Assembly (NCBI GenBank): GCA_964291295.2
Contig: OZ219754.1
Location: forward strand, 160,001-224,000
Length of the DNA stretch: 64,000 nucleotides
Source of the DNA: an uncultured Candidatus Binatia bacterium
Lineage (GTDB): Bacteria > Desulfobacterota > Binatia > UBA9968 > JAJDTQ01
Direction of reading: 5' to 3'
Part shown: piece by piece, positions 26,273-36,806 of the stretch
How positions within the stretch are numbered: position 1 is the stretch's first letter
How the letters are laid out: each line of letters starts with the position of its first letter
Program-made: the position numbers and the translations under genes
The notes under the pieces: generated by a model
Seen by the model: the letters and a program-made list of their open reading frames with translations, nothing else
Databases searched by the model: none
What the model was told of the DNA's origin: nothing

Positions 26273-29200
26273 TCACCAGCGCAGCGAGACCCGCACCTCC
26301 AGGCTGTGATCGGCGGAGTCGCGGTCCTGGCTGCGCTCGCCCTCAAACGAAAGCTCGAATGCCGGAGCGATGGTGTAACGCGTGCCCACGCGCACGCTCC
26401 CTTCACCCCGCTCCGCCAGCGTGAACCCGACATACGGGCTCAGCAACGCCATCGGCCCCGACCCCAACACCCCGAAGCCGTAACCCACCTCCGCATCCAG
26501 CTGACTCTCCGCCTCTGCTCCGCTCCCCGTCAGGAACGACGTGCCCGGCGTGCGGTCGAACAGCCCATCCAGATCCGTCGCGGTGACCCCGTATGCCGGC
26601 GTCAATGTCAGGAACAGCCCGCTCCCGTCCGCTCCCGGATCCAGTTGCACCATGCCGCCCACTCCCCATTCCTCCCGGTCCCGCTCGTGCGCCACCAGCG
26701 CCCGCGTGCGCAACTCCACCGTCAGCCCCATCCCCGGCTCGCGCCAACTCACGCTCGCCCCCACTTCCGCTCCCACCCCTTTTTCCACATCCCCGCTGTC
26801 GTGCCGCATCCCCACCTCCAGCGCCGGCGTCACCGTCCCGCCCCCCTCCAGCGCACGCTCATACGATCCCTCCAGCGCCAGGCGCAGCCGGCGCGCATCC
26901 ACCGAAAGCGCCTCCAGACCCGATCCCGCTTCCGTCTTCACCCGCACCATCGACCCCTCCCCACGTACCGCCACCCGCGTCACCCCGCCCGCAATCCACT
27001 CCCCATCCTCGCTCAGCACGCCGCGCCCGCCCGCCGCCGCACTCGTCAGCTTCATCTCCACTTCACGGTCCGCCCGCTCCGCCTCCTCCACGCCCACCTC
27101 GCCCTCGCCGTACCCCGCGCTCGCCCACAGGTTCGATCCGTCTCCGCTCAGCCACGCCGCATAGGGATGCACCGCCGTCAACTCCGTCTTGTACACTCCC
27201 TTCACACGGTTGCCCCCCGCGTCGTCCACCTCCGTGTCCAACTCCCCGCGGGAATGCGACAACGCCACCCCCGCCAGCACGTCCGCCCGCAGCCGCACAT
27301 CCGTTCCCAGATGCGCCGACCACACCTCCCCGTCCCAGGAAACGTCCTCCTCCGAACCCGACAGCGAGTCCAGGTCACCCCGACCCCACACCGCCACCCT
27401 CGGAACGCTCCCCCCGCTCATCCCGGATGCGCCCATCGGCAGCGCGAACGCCGCCCCGTCCAGCATGTCCCGCAGGTCCGGATTCTCCGCTTCCTTCTCC
27501 AACATCCCGCGCAGGCCCGAACCCCGGCCCGAACCCCACTCATCCTCCAGCATCCCGCGCGGCCACGCTCTCCGCTGCTCCTCCAGCCACACGCCGTCCG
27601 CCCCCTCCCTCGCACCGGGCGCCGCCTGGGCCACGCCGAAATGCAGCGACCGGCCCGCCTTCCCCGACGCCACCGCCTGGATGCGACCCGCCACCGCATC
27701 CAGCGACTGCGACGCCATTGCCGCCGCCACCTGCGGCAGCACCGCTCGGTGGACCTTGTTGGCGTGCGCCGCCATCGTGTCCTCCACCGTCACCGTCACG
27801 CTCCCGCCCGTCACTGCCACCTCCATGTTGCCCATCATGGCCGTGTGCCTCAGCGTCACCGTGTCGTCGTCCGTGTCGTCGTCCGGCACACCCGTCACCG
27901 TCACCGGCTGCGGGGTGTTCCAATTGGCGGTGGTGAAGGTCAGCGGTCCCGAAACCGTCGCAATCGCCGTGTTGTCGCTCGCCGGCGTCACCATGACCGT
28001 ATCCGCCGGCGCCTCGTCCAGAACCACCGTGTAGGTACCGCTCCCCCCCTCGGATATCGTCAGCGCGGTCGGCGTCACCGTCAGACCGACCGTCGTACCG
28101 GTGTCGCCGGTGAAGCCTTGGTAGCCCGTGCCCGGAGGACCATCCAGCAACTTGCCCTGGACCGTCACCTCCTCGCCGATGGCATAGCCGGTGGCATCGT
28201 TCAGCGTGACCGTGTACTTCTCGACGCCTTCCGATGCGTCGGCGTCCACGCTGGTGCGAATCGCAATGGTGCCGGTCCTGCGGCCGCCGAAATTCACGTT
28301 GAATGTCCGCGTCAGCGCCCCCTGAATATCATCCGCCGTGAAGCCGCTCGAATCCCGATCGGACAGCGTCAGGCTCACCGAAAGAACGCCCGGTACCGGC
28401 TTGTCCGAACGGACGGCCAAGGTGATCGGTGTCCCCTCGCTCACCCGGGCGGGATTCGCTCCGAGCGTCAGGGTAGGCGTCGTGTCCCGGACCCAGAGGC
28501 TTCTCGTAAACATGCCGTCTTTCGGGTAGCAATGGCCGCCGCCCTTTGCACGGACCAGAACGGTTATCCCGTGGTCGCTGGTATCCTCATCCGCGTTCAA
28601 CTTCACCCAGATAACCTGCGGCTTGTTCCAATTTGATGGGGTGAACGTGAGATAATTCGGACCTCCCGAATAGATGGTCGCCTTGTCGGTGTATGTCCAC
28701 TCGCCGTTCTTTACAACGAACGGCATGGGAACCAATTCCAACGGCGCCGTGGGCGCTTTCCTGGGGTGGATCCAGTACTCGACCGCATCTCCCTCGGCGG
28801 GGGGAGTGGGGCTCGGGAAGCCCTTGCTCTTTCTGGACGGCCATTCCACCGTCCAGCCCATGTATGACCAATATACGCCCCAGGTGGTCGTATCCCATTT
28901 ACTGGGCACATGGGCTTTCGCTGCCCGTGTGGCCCAGGTCGCCGTCGTCGCTCTGAGTTCGACCTCCTGCGATGGCAGACACTCGTCGGAGGTCAGGACG
29001 TAGCTGGTGGCGGATGCGTCCGGGATGGTGACCCAGTCGTGCCACCTCTCGTACCGGGCCATCGAACCGTTGAAGGTCCGGTACCGGGCCTGCCAGCCGG
29101 TACGGCCCGGATGATCCGGTGCGGTCCAGCTCAGATGCAGCTTGTCGCCCCGTCGATTCACCGTCAGGTCGATGGGAACCCCCGTGTCATCAAGCGGACT

Positions 29201-32200
29201 CACGGTGATCACGGTGATCTTCAGCGTAAAGCTGTCGCTGTTGCCGTGGCCGTCATTCGCCGTCACCCGCATCGTGTAGACACCGTAGTCCGGCACCGTG
29301 AAGAACAGCCGGGCCGAGTTCAGATCGGTGCCTTCCGGCAATGCCGGCGTCGTCTCGCCTTCCTTGCGCCGCCAGGTGTAGTTGATGGTGTCGCCGTCCG
29401 CGTCGGTCGCTGACACCGTGATATCCACAACCCGACCGATCACGGACCGGTCCTCGAAAGGCGCCAGCACCGGCGATGCGTCGTTGTCCTTGATGACCAC
29501 CGTGGTCGCGGCGTTGCCCAGCACGAAGCCGGCCGGCAGCATGCTGCCCTGGGCCAGCGCGAGGGTCACCGTGATGGTCTCATCGGCCTCGTCCCTCCTG
29601 TCGTCGCCAAGCGGAATCGTGATGGTTTTCGTCGTATCGGAGGCGCCCAAGGTCACCGAGGTCACCGCGTCGTTGTCGTAGTCCCCGTTCGCCGGATCGG
29701 CGGCTCCCGTCGCCGTGCCTCCATAGGTGACATCGAAGGTCACCGACCGCCCCAAGGCCTTGGACGCCGTGACCGTCACCACCGCCTTCGTATCCGTCCC
29801 CTCGGTCACTTTCAGCACCGCCGGCACCGAGACCGTGGGTACGCGGTGAATCGTGATCACCATATCCTTGTAGTCGCTGTTGCCGTGGCCGTCATCCGCG
29901 GTCACCCGCATCGAGTAGGTGCCAACCCCCGGCGGCTTGAAGAACAGCCGGTTCGAATTCACATCCGTTCCTTCCGGCAACGCCGGCGTCGTCTCGCCCT
30001 TCTTGCGCACCCAAGTGTAGTTGATTGCATCGCCATCCGCGTCGGTGGCCGACACCGTGACATCCACATTCAAGTCCGGGCCGACCACGGACGTGTTCTG
30101 GACATCCGCCAGCACCGGTGCGGCGTCATCGTTGGCGATGGTGCCGGTGACCACCAGATTCTCTCCGCCCCCGGCCAGGGCGACACGCGGGGCTTCCGTC
30201 TCCAGACCCCCCAGCCGCAGCAGAAAGGTCTCATCCTCCTCCGCGACATGGTCGCCCAGCACCCGGACCCGCACCCTGTTCACCAGCGCGTCCCCGCGCG
30301 CATTGGCGGCGAACACGATGGTCTTGCTGAACGGAACGAAATCGCGTCCGTCCCCGGCTTCCGCGGCGCTGCTCTCCGGCCCGGCCAATGCCGTCACCCG
30401 CACCTTCACGTCGTCCGCCGGCGAGCCGCTCAGCGTGATCGGGAACTCCAGCATCGTCTGGCCCTCGTCCCCCTCGGCCACCCGCGCGTCCGACACCGTC
30501 ACCGTCAGCGCGCCCGTCGGCGTCGCCGACGCGCTCTCCGATTTCTCTCCGGCTCCCGCTCCGTTCAGCGCGCGCAGCCTGTAGGTGTACTTCCGACCAT
30601 TGGTCAGCCCGCTCACCTCATGCGAGACCGTCGCCGCCCCGGAACCCGCAATGGATGACCACGCACTCCACCCGTCGCCGCCCCGAACCTTCCAGCGCAA
30701 CTCATAGCCGGTGATCGAAGCGTCATCCGGGTCGTCCCACGACAGCGACACCGCACCATTGCCGGGCCGGGCCACCAGACCAGTCGGCTTCGCCGGCGGC
30801 GGCGTCGACGCCGCCACCGTGACCACCACCTCTTCGGTGTCCGTATTGCCGTGGCCGTCATCCGCGGTTACCGTCATCGTCATCGTGCCGGCCCGGGTCG
30901 GCGTGAAGACCAGCCGGGCCGCGTTCAGGTCCGTGCCTTCCGGCAACGCCGGCGTCGTCTCCCCCGTCTTGCGGCTCCAGACGTAGCGGAGCGTGTCCCC
31001 GTCCGCATCGGTGGCCGTGGCCGTGACCGACACCTCCTGACCCACCTTCGCCGTCACATCCGCCAACGCCGCCAGCACCGGCGCCGCGTCATCGTCCGTG
31101 ATGGTGCCCGTGGCCGTGACCTTCTCCCCGCCCCCGGCCAGCTCCACGCGGCTGTCCCCCGTCACCAGATTGTCCAGCCGCAGCAGAAAGGTCTCCTCCC
31201 CCTCCGCCACCTCGTCCCCCATCACCTCCACACGCACCGTCTGCATCAGCGCGCTCCCGCGCCCGTACGCATCGAAAAACAGCGTCTTGCTCAACGGCAC
31301 AAAGTCCCGCCCCGCTCCCGCCGTGCTCCCCGCTCCGGCCACCGCCGCCACCCGCACCTTCACCTCCGCCACCGGCTCCCCGCTCAGGGTCACATCAAAC
31401 TCCATCACCCGCCGCCCCGCGTCTCCCTCCACCACGATGGCGTCCTCCACCGCCACCGTCACCCCGCCCATCGGCGTCGCCCCGCGGGCTCGCGAAGACT
31501 TCCCCTCCCCTCCCGCATTCACCGCCCGAACCCGGAAAATGTACTTCTGGCCGTTGGTCAGCCCCGTTACCGTATGAGACGTCGTATTCGCCCCCGAACC
31601 CGCTATCGCCGCCCACGACCCCCACCCCTGCCCCGGACCCGCAAGACGCCATTTCACCTCGTACTTGCGGATCGACCCATCCCCCGATGCCGCCCACGAC
31701 AGCGTCACCGCCTCATCCCCGGGCCGCGCTCGAAACCCCTTCGGCGCCGAAGGCGTTTCCGGCACCGGAGCCGCCGTCACCGTCACCGCCACCCGATCCT
31801 TCGCACCCGAAGCCACCGGCACCGATGCTCCATCCACCCTGAAGGCGTGGCTCACCTCCGCCTCCCCCGCCGTCACTCCCGTCACCGTCACCGTCTGCGG
31901 CGTCTGGGCCGTCGCGTGGGCAAAGTACAGCACCGACGGGCTTACCCGCGCCTTGCCGCTGTCGCTGCTCACCAGCGTCACACTCCCGTCAAACGTCCCG
32001 TTCACCGCCACCGTCCAACTCGCCGTCTCCCCTTCCTCCACACTCACCCGTCTCTCGCTGATCAACAACGCCGGACGGTCGCTGTTGACCACCGCCGTCT
32101 TCGCCGTGTTCGACCACGGACTGCTCCCCGCCTCGTTGTACGACTGTACCTGGAACTCCAGCGTGATCCCCTCTAGAAACGCCGCAAACGACACGCTCCC

Positions 32201-34600
32201 GCTTCGCGTCGAAGCCGTCGTCTTCCCCGGAAAGTCCGTCGCCGAATACCAGTAGTCGAACATCCGATACCGATACCGCCACCCCTGGATCGTCGCGTCC
32301 GTCGCCGCCTTCCAACTCAGCCCCACCTCGTCTTCCACCGCCTTCGCACTCAAATCCGTCGGCTTCGCCGGCGCACGCAGCGGCACCGCCGCCGCCGTCA
32401 CCGTCACCGCCACCCGATCCTTCGCACCCGAAGCCACCGGCACCGATGCTCCATCCACCCTGAAGGCGTGGCTCACCTCCGCCTCCCCCGCCGTCACTCC
32501 CGTCACCGTCACCGTCTGCGGCGTCTGGGCCGTCGCGTGGGCAAAGTACAGCACCGACGGGCTCACCCGCGCCTTGCCGCTGTCGCTGCTCACCAGCGTC
32601 ACACTCCCGTCAAACGTCCCGTTCACCGCCACCGTCCAACTCGCCGTCTCCCCTTCCTCCACACTCACCCGTCTCTCGCTGATCAACAACGCCGGACGGT
32701 CGCTGTTGACCACCGCCGTCTTCGCCGTGTTCGACCACGGACTGCTCCCCGCCTCGTTGTACGACTGTACCTGGAACTCCAGCGTGATCCCCTCTAGAAA
32801 CGCCGCAAACGACACGCTCCCGCTTCGCGTCGAAGCCGTCGTCTTCCCCGGAAAGTCCGTCGCCGAATACCAGTAGTCGAACATCCGGTACCGATACCGC
32901 CACCCCTGGATCGTCGCGTCCGTCGCCGCCTTCCAACTCAGCCCCACCTCGTCTTCCACCGCCTTCGCACTCAAATCCGTCGGCTTCGCCGGCGCACGCA
33001 GCGGCACCGCCGCCGCCGTCACCGTCACCGCCACCCGCCCCGCATCCGTCACCGCCGCCGCCGTCGCTCCCGGCAGCGTGAACGCATGCCTCACCTCCGC
33101 TTCCCCCGCCGTCACTCCCGTCACCCGCACCGTCTGCGGCACCCGCGCGTTCTCGCTCGTGAAGGTCAGCACCGCCGGACTCACCCGCGCCGTGCCACTG
33201 GCGCTGCTCGCCAGCGTCACACTCCCACCAACCCCGCCATTCAACGCCACCGTCCAACTCGCCGTCTCCCCTTCCTCCACACTCACCCGTCCCTTGCTGA
33301 TCACCAGCGCCGGACGGTCCCGGTTGACCGCCACCGCCACCGCCGTGTCCGACCACGGACTGCTGCCCCCGTCGTTGTACGATTGAACCTGGAACTCCGT
33401 CGCTATCCCATCCCACCAACTCGACCCGTCCACCGCGTGCGCCCGCGTCCCTGCCACGCTCCCCCTCATCTCCACCCCACTCCCCCAACTCCTCAATCCC
33501 TTCGCCCGCAGACGGTACCTCCAACCCTTGATCGTCCCGTCCGTCGCCGCCCTCCAACTCAAATTCACCCGATCCTCCACCGCCCCCGCCGTCAGACCCA
33601 AAGGCTTCGCCGGCGCCCCCGGCACCGGCGCGATCACTCCCACAGGCCCAAAAAAACTCCGGGTCAGACCCCACCGCCGCGCATCCGCCGCCGACTCGCA
33701 GTGCACCACCGGATACGGATGGTTCACTCGATCCCGATACTTGTAGTCCAACTCCATCCAGAAGTCCTCCGACTCCCGGTCCCCATCCGCCCTCGCCGAA
33801 CCCTCCACCACCGCCACCCCGCTCCTGAACGTCACCCGCGTCGGCAAATTGAAATCCCCCAAATTCGCCCCACGAAGATCCCCTCGCCCTCCGTCCCAAA
33901 CTCGCCACCCTACCTTCACCGTCCGCGAAAACGAACGGTCCCGCTCGAACGTACACGCATTCCCCGCTCCACTCGCCACCCCCGCCTCCAGCCTCAATAC
34001 GAATCTCCGCCCCGTCGTCCCGCCCCCCAATACCCCCAAATCCTGGTACCGCAACCGTATCCCCGCTCCCGCCTCCCCGATCTCGATGTCACGACGGTCC
34101 TTCCCCGCCTTCACCGTATACACCGACCCCTTCGGCCTCAGCCGCAGCGTCAACCGCTCGTTCCCCTCCAGCTTCTTGTCCTTCAATATCTGCACATAAT
34201 GACAATGCCGCGTCGGCGCCGTGATCACGCTCTCATAAAACAAGATCCCCACGTTCCGCAGGTTCCCCCCTGTCCCCAAATCCGCCCTCCCCGCCTGCGA
34301 TCCCCCCACTATCTCGAAATCCACCTCGATCCGCGCCGCCTCCCGCCGCGTCGCCGCTCGCTCCACTCGCAGCGCCAGCCATCCCCCTTCCCACACCTTG
34401 TCCGTGCTCGACTCCAACTCCTCCCCGCGCGGACACTCATTCGTGCCCGGATCCCCACTCACCGGAAACGCCCCCGTAAAACTCAACTCCGGAAGCACCT
34501 GCCCCCCAGCCGTCTCCCCCATCCCCCCCACCATCACCACTCCCGCCAACAACCCCAAAACCCCTCGCATCATCCCCCGCAATCCCTTCCCCAATCCCAT
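26273..34600 (-). CDS. Giant autotransporter adhesin with FN3, Calx-beta and cadherin/Ig-like repeats
   Basis: 2804-aa ORF; likely start 34600 (AAGGAG RBS) with signal peptide; FN3 (GLTNGQKYIFRVRAVN), Calx-beta (GDEVAEGEETFLLRL), ATDADGDT repeats; C-terminal barrel ending VSLRW. Confidence 0.9.
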   Translation of the reverse strand: MGLGKGLRGMMRGVLGLLAGVVMVGGMGETAGGQVLPELSFTGAFPVSGDPGTNECPRGEELESSTDKVWEGGWLALRVERAATRREAARIEVDFEIVGGSQAGRADLGTGGNLRNVGILFYESVITAPTRHCHYVQILKDKKLEGNERLTLRLRPKGSVYTVKAGKDRRDIEIGEAGAGIRLRYQDLGVLGGGTTGRRFVLRLEAGVASGAGNACTFERDRSFSRTVKVGWRVWDGGRGDLRGANLGDFNLPTRVTFRSGVAVVEGSARADGDRESEDFWMELDYKYRDRVNHPYPVVHCESAADARRWGLTRSFFGPVGVIAPVPGAPAKPLGLTAGAVEDRVNLSWRAATDGTIKGWRYRLRAKGLRSWGSGVEMRGSVAGTRAHAVDGSSWWDGIATEFQVQSYNDGGSSPWSDTAVAVAVNRDRPALVISKGRVSVEEGETASWTVALNGGVGGSVTLASSASGTARVSPAVLTFTSENARVPQTVRVTGVTAGEAEVRHAFTLPGATAAAVTDAGRVAVTVTAAAVPLRAPAKPTDLSAKAVEDEVGLSWKAATDATIQGWRYRYRMFDYWYSATDFPGKTTASTRSGSVSFAAFLEGITLEFQVQSYNEAGSSPWSNTAKTAVVNSDRPALLISERRVSVEEGETASWTVAVNGTFDGSVTLVSSDSGKARVSPSVLYFAHATAQTPQTVTVTGVTAGEAEVSHAFRVDGASVPVASGAKDRVAVTVTAAAVPLRAPAKPTDLSAKAVEDEVGLSWKAATDATIQGWRYRYRMFDYWYSATDFPGKTTASTRSGSVSFAAFLEGITLEFQVQSYNEAGSSPWSNTAKTAVVNSDRPALLISERRVSVEEGETASWTVAVNGTFDGSVTLVSSDSGKARVSPSVLYFAHATAQTPQTVTVTGVTAGEAEVSHAFRVDGASVPVASGAKDRVAVTVTAAPVPETPSAPKGFRARPGDEAVTLSWAASGDGSIRKYEVKWRLAGPGQGWGSWAAIAGSGANTTSHTVTGLTNGQKYIFRVRAVNAGGEGKSSRARGATPMGGVTVAVEDAIVVEGDAGRRVMEFDVTLSGEPVAEVKVRVAAVAGAGSTAGAGRDFVPLSKTLFFDAYGRGSALMQTVRVEVMGDEVAEGEETFLLRLDNLVTGDSRVELAGGGEKVTATGTITDDDAAPVLAALADVTAKVGQEVSVTATATDADGDTLRYVWSRKTGETTPALPEGTDLNAARLVFTPTRAGTMTMTVTADDGHGNTDTEEVVVTVAASTPPPAKPTGLVARPGNGAVSLSWDDPDDASITGYELRWKVRGGDGWSAWSSIAGSGAATVSHEVSGLTNGRKYTYRLRALNGAGAGEKSESASATPTGALTVTVSDARVAEGDEGQTMLEFPITLSGSPADDVKVRVTALAGPESSAAEAGDGRDFVPFSKTIVFAANARGDALVNRVRVRVLGDHVAEEDETFLLRLGGLETEAPRVALAGGGENLVVTGTIANDDAAPVLADVQNTSVVGPDLNVDVTVSATDADGDAINYTWVRKKGETTPALPEGTDVNSNRLFFKPPGVGTYSMRVTADDGHGNSDYKDMVITIHRVPTVSVPAVLKVTEGTDTKAVVTVTASKALGRSVTFDVTYGGTATGAADPANGDYDNDAVTSVTLGASDTTKTITIPLGDDRRDEADETITVTLALAQGSMLPAGFVLGNAATTVVIKDNDASPVLAPFEDRSVIGRVVDITVSATDADGDTINYTWRRKEGETTPALPEGTDLNSARLFFTVPDYGVYTMRVTANDGHGNSDSFTLKITVITVSPLDDTGVPIDLTVNRRGDKLHLSWTAPDHPGRTGWQARYRTFNGSMARYERWHDWVTIPDASATSYVLTSDECLPSQEVELRATTATWATRAAKAHVPSKWDTTTWGVYWSYMGWTVEWPSRKSKGFPSPTPPAEGDAVEYWIHPRKAPTAPLELVPMPFVVKNGEWTYTDKATIYSGGPNYLTFTPSNWNKPQVIWVKLNADEDTSDHGITVLVRAKGGGHCYPKDGMFTRSLWVRDTTPTLTLGANPARVSEGTPITLAVRSDKPVPGVLSVSLTLSDRDSSGFTADDIQGALTRTFNVNFGGRRTGTIAIRTSVDADASEGVEKYTVTLNDATGYAIGEEVTVQGKLLDGPPGTGYQGFTGDTGTTVGLTVTPTALTISEGGSGTYTVVLDEAPADTVMVTPASDNTAIATVSGPLTFTTANWNTPQPVTVTGVPDDDTDDDTVTLRHTAMMGNMEVAVTGGSVTVTVEDTMAAHANKVHRAVLPQVAAAMASQSLDAVAGRIQAVASGKAGRSLHFGVAQAAPGAREGADGVWLEEQRRAWPRGMLEDEWGSGRGSGLRGMLEKEAENPDLRDMLDGAAFALPMGASGMSGGSVPRVAVWGRGDLDSLSGSEEDVSWDGEVWSAHLGTDVRLRADVLAGVALSHSRGELDTEVDDAGGNRVKGVYKTELTAVHPYAAWLSGDGSNLWASAGYGEGEVGVEEAERADREVEMKLTSAAAGGRGVLSEDGEWIAGGVTRVAVRGEGSMVRVKTEAGSGLEALSVDARRLRLALEGSYERALEGGGTVTPALEVGMRHDSGDVEKGVGAEVGASVSWREPGMGLTVELRTRALVAHERDREEWGVGGMVQLDPGADGSGLFLTLTPAYGVTATDLDGLFDRTPGTSFLTGSGAEAESQLDAEVGYGFGVLGSGPMALLSPYVGFTLAERGEGSVRVGTRYTIAPAFELSFEGERSQDRDSADHSLEVRVSLRW
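31770..33037. repeat. Near-identical 621-bp (207-aa) tandem duplication inside the autotransporter
   Basis: Units start at 31770, 32391 and (diverged) 33012; only two differences noticed by eye between the first two copies. Confidence 0.9.
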
Positions 34601-34809
34601 CCTACTCTCCTTGTTCCCCAATGCCGTATTCCTCGATGCCAAAGCGCCCGCGGCGGGAGCCAATCCTCTCAAACGTGCCATCATCAATCCCTCCTCGAAT
34701 CCGTCCTGTCCCTTCCTGTCCTGTCCTTCCCGTCCGTCCCTCTCCTGCCGCCAGCCTCAAGACTCCAATGCCTACACGGCCTCCAATGCCCACACGCATT
34801 GGCTGCTCA

Positions 34810-34837
34810 AATCTATCGTTCCTGACCGTATTGTCAA
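34810..34837 (-). promoter_or_regulatory. Putative sigma70 promoter of the autotransporter
   Basis: Minus strand TTGACA-16 bp-TAGATT with T-rich UP-like tract upstream. Confidence 0.5.
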
Positions 34838-35021
34838 GAAAACAACCGAAAAAACAGAAAAAAAAATCGGGAACAGGGCGGCGGTGGCCATCCCGCGCAT
34901 GGAAGCCATCATGCCTGCCTGCAAAGGCCCTCACATGCAATCGGGCAACGCCTGTCACCCCGGAATTCCACCGCCATCGGCACCGCTTCCCGGCTGGATA
35001 TCTGCACCGCGGATGCGGCGA

Positions 35022-36308
35022 TTATCGGCGGGCGCCCCAGGCGCCGACAAGGTCGCGTCCGGCGTCGTTGACGATGCCGGCAGCAGCACCGGCGGGGTCG
35101 CCGGCGGTGGCATAGAACCGCGCATTGGCGCGCCGACCGGCATCAACCCAAGCGCCGTCGTGGCGGACGAGGTCGTAGCCGACCGCAGCGATGGGGTGGG
35201 TCGCGCCGGCGGAATCGGTGCGGGAGAGATCGGACAACATGAGATCGATCTCCGCGAGGTCGGCGAGGTCGGCGGTCAGGGTGGCGCGGCCCGTCACCGG
35301 CTGGAACAGTGCGGACTGTGCGCCGAGGAAGGTTCCGGACCAAGTGGCGGTGCCGAGGCCGGGATCAGGCCCGGGGCCGGGCGTGCCGGCGACGCCGGGC
35401 GTGATCGCGATGGTGTCGGTGATGCTGTCGGCGGCCGCCGTGCCTCGGCGTTCGGAGATGAGCGTGCGGGTCATGGTAACGCCGAAGCCGTCGAGGCCGC
35501 CGTCCTCCATCGGTTCCGCCCAGAGACCGAACTTCTGATGGTCCTCAACCGCTGGACCCAAGGTCCATCGATGAAGCCCGGCGAAGTCGGCTTCGGCGGG
35601 CACCAGTGACCGGAACGAGGATGCGGGACACATGAGTTGGGTGCCCTGGCACGCCGCATGTCCCGTACCGGTTTGCGGATCAAGGTAAGAGAGCGTGTGG
35701 CCGACTTCGTGGAGCAGGATACCGAAGTGCCAGTTCTCAAGCCGGTTGCCGGGCCGCTGGTCGTCGATGGCATCTTCAAGGAACCGGCCGGGCAGAACGA
35801 TCCTGCCGGTCCGGGCGCAGGCGTAGTCGCTGGCAGCGCACTCTCCCGTATCCCCGACCCTGAGTTCAATGGCGTGGATGCCGCCGTCGATGAGACGCCG
35901 GGTCCAGAGCAGCGCGGCGCGGGCGGTCATGGCGTCGAGGTCGGCGGGGATCTGTCCGGGATCGGTGCCGGGGTAATCGATTCGGCGGATGACGGGGACC
36001 GGGTGGTTGGGCGCGGTTCTCGTGACATTGAAACCGCTGGCAGCGGGCGGCAGCCGCACGGTGCGGAACGCCAGCGTGGGGTCGATGGCAGCGCGGTTGG
36101 CGGCGGTGAACTCGGAGGCGACCTGGGGAACGGACGGAGCAACCGGAGCAACCCGAGGCGCGGCTCCGCCGCCGCTCCCGCCGCCGCAGGCGGAGAGCAG
36201 GGTGCCGGCGAGCAGCGCTGCGAACAGGACAGCGGGGAAAGCTGCGGAACCCCCGGCGGGAACGATGCCACGGGAGATGCCACGGGAACTCGGAGTACGG
36301 GTGAACAT
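35022..36308 (-). CDS. Lipoprotein with metzincin-like Zn-protease motif and TbpB-like C-terminal barrel
   Basis: Lipobox [11 protein letters not shown]; LLHEVGHTL...GH...LMCP; [11 protein letters not shown]...GRATLTADL...LVGAWGARR. Confidence 0.7.
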   Translation of the reverse strand: MFTRTPSSRGISRGIVPAGGSAAFPAVLFAALLAGTLLSACGGGSGGGAAPRVAPVAPSVPQVASEFTAANRAAIDPTLAFRTVRLPPAASGFNVTRTAPNHPVPVIRRIDYPGTDPGQIPADLDAMTARAALLWTRRLIDGGIHAIELRVGDTGECAASDYACARTGRIVLPGRFLEDAIDDQRPGNRLENWHFGILLHEVGHTLSYLDPQTGTGHAACQGTQLMCPASSFRSLVPAEADFAGLHRWTLGPAVEDHQKFGLWAEPMEDGGLDGFGVTMTRTLISERRGTAAADSITDTIAITPGVAGTPGPGPDPGLGTATWSGTFLGAQSALFQPVTGRATLTADLADLAEIDLMLSDLSRTDSAGATHPIAAVGYDLVRHDGAWVDAGRRANARFYATAGDPAGAAAGIVNDAGRDLVGAWGARR

Positions 36309-36806
36309 GGCGAACCCTCGGTTGGAACGGTGGAAAGCCGGCGGCGCCCGTTTGCGCCGATGACGCGCCAGCAGCTTGCAGCCGGAACAGAATGGGCCCG
36401 AGCCGGCACCGGATCCGCGGGCAAGCCGTGCGGGGTCGTTCCGCCCGGTCAGCGCCCGCAAGCGCCCATCAGCACCCAATTCCTTGTGCCTGCCGCTCCC
36501 AGCCACTGTAGCGCGCCACCTTGCCGCACCGCAAGAGTCAGCCCTCCGGTCAGCCCTGCCGGCCGCGTGACGTCGTCACCGCCGGGCGGCTCGCCCGCAA
36601 AGGCGCGCGAACGGTGCACCTCCTTCCGCAAGACCATGCCGGATCCGCGCTTTCGCGGGCATGACGGAGTGGTAGGGGACGCCGTGGCGGCGATTTGGCA
36701 AGCCGCACCGGTTGCGCTAGAAACAAGGACTTCCAGGCCTCGTGGCTTCCATCCGCCTGCGCCCTCCGGACCGCCTGAAACCGAAATCCATACCAAGGAG
36801 CCCGAC

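Noticed and set aside
31770-33037. 621-bp repeat pair as DGR template/variable repeats
   Set aside because: In-frame tandem domain copies with about two differences and no reverse transcriptase in the window.
36641-36665. REP-like palindrome GGATCCGCGCTTTCGCGGGCATGAC
   Set aside because: Single degenerate copy in the window; a repeat family cannot be supported.
35637-36806. 390-aa N-terminal extension of aconitase
   Set aside because: It overlaps the minus-strand lipoprotein gene; a good RBS and ATG at 36807 give a normal-length AcnA.
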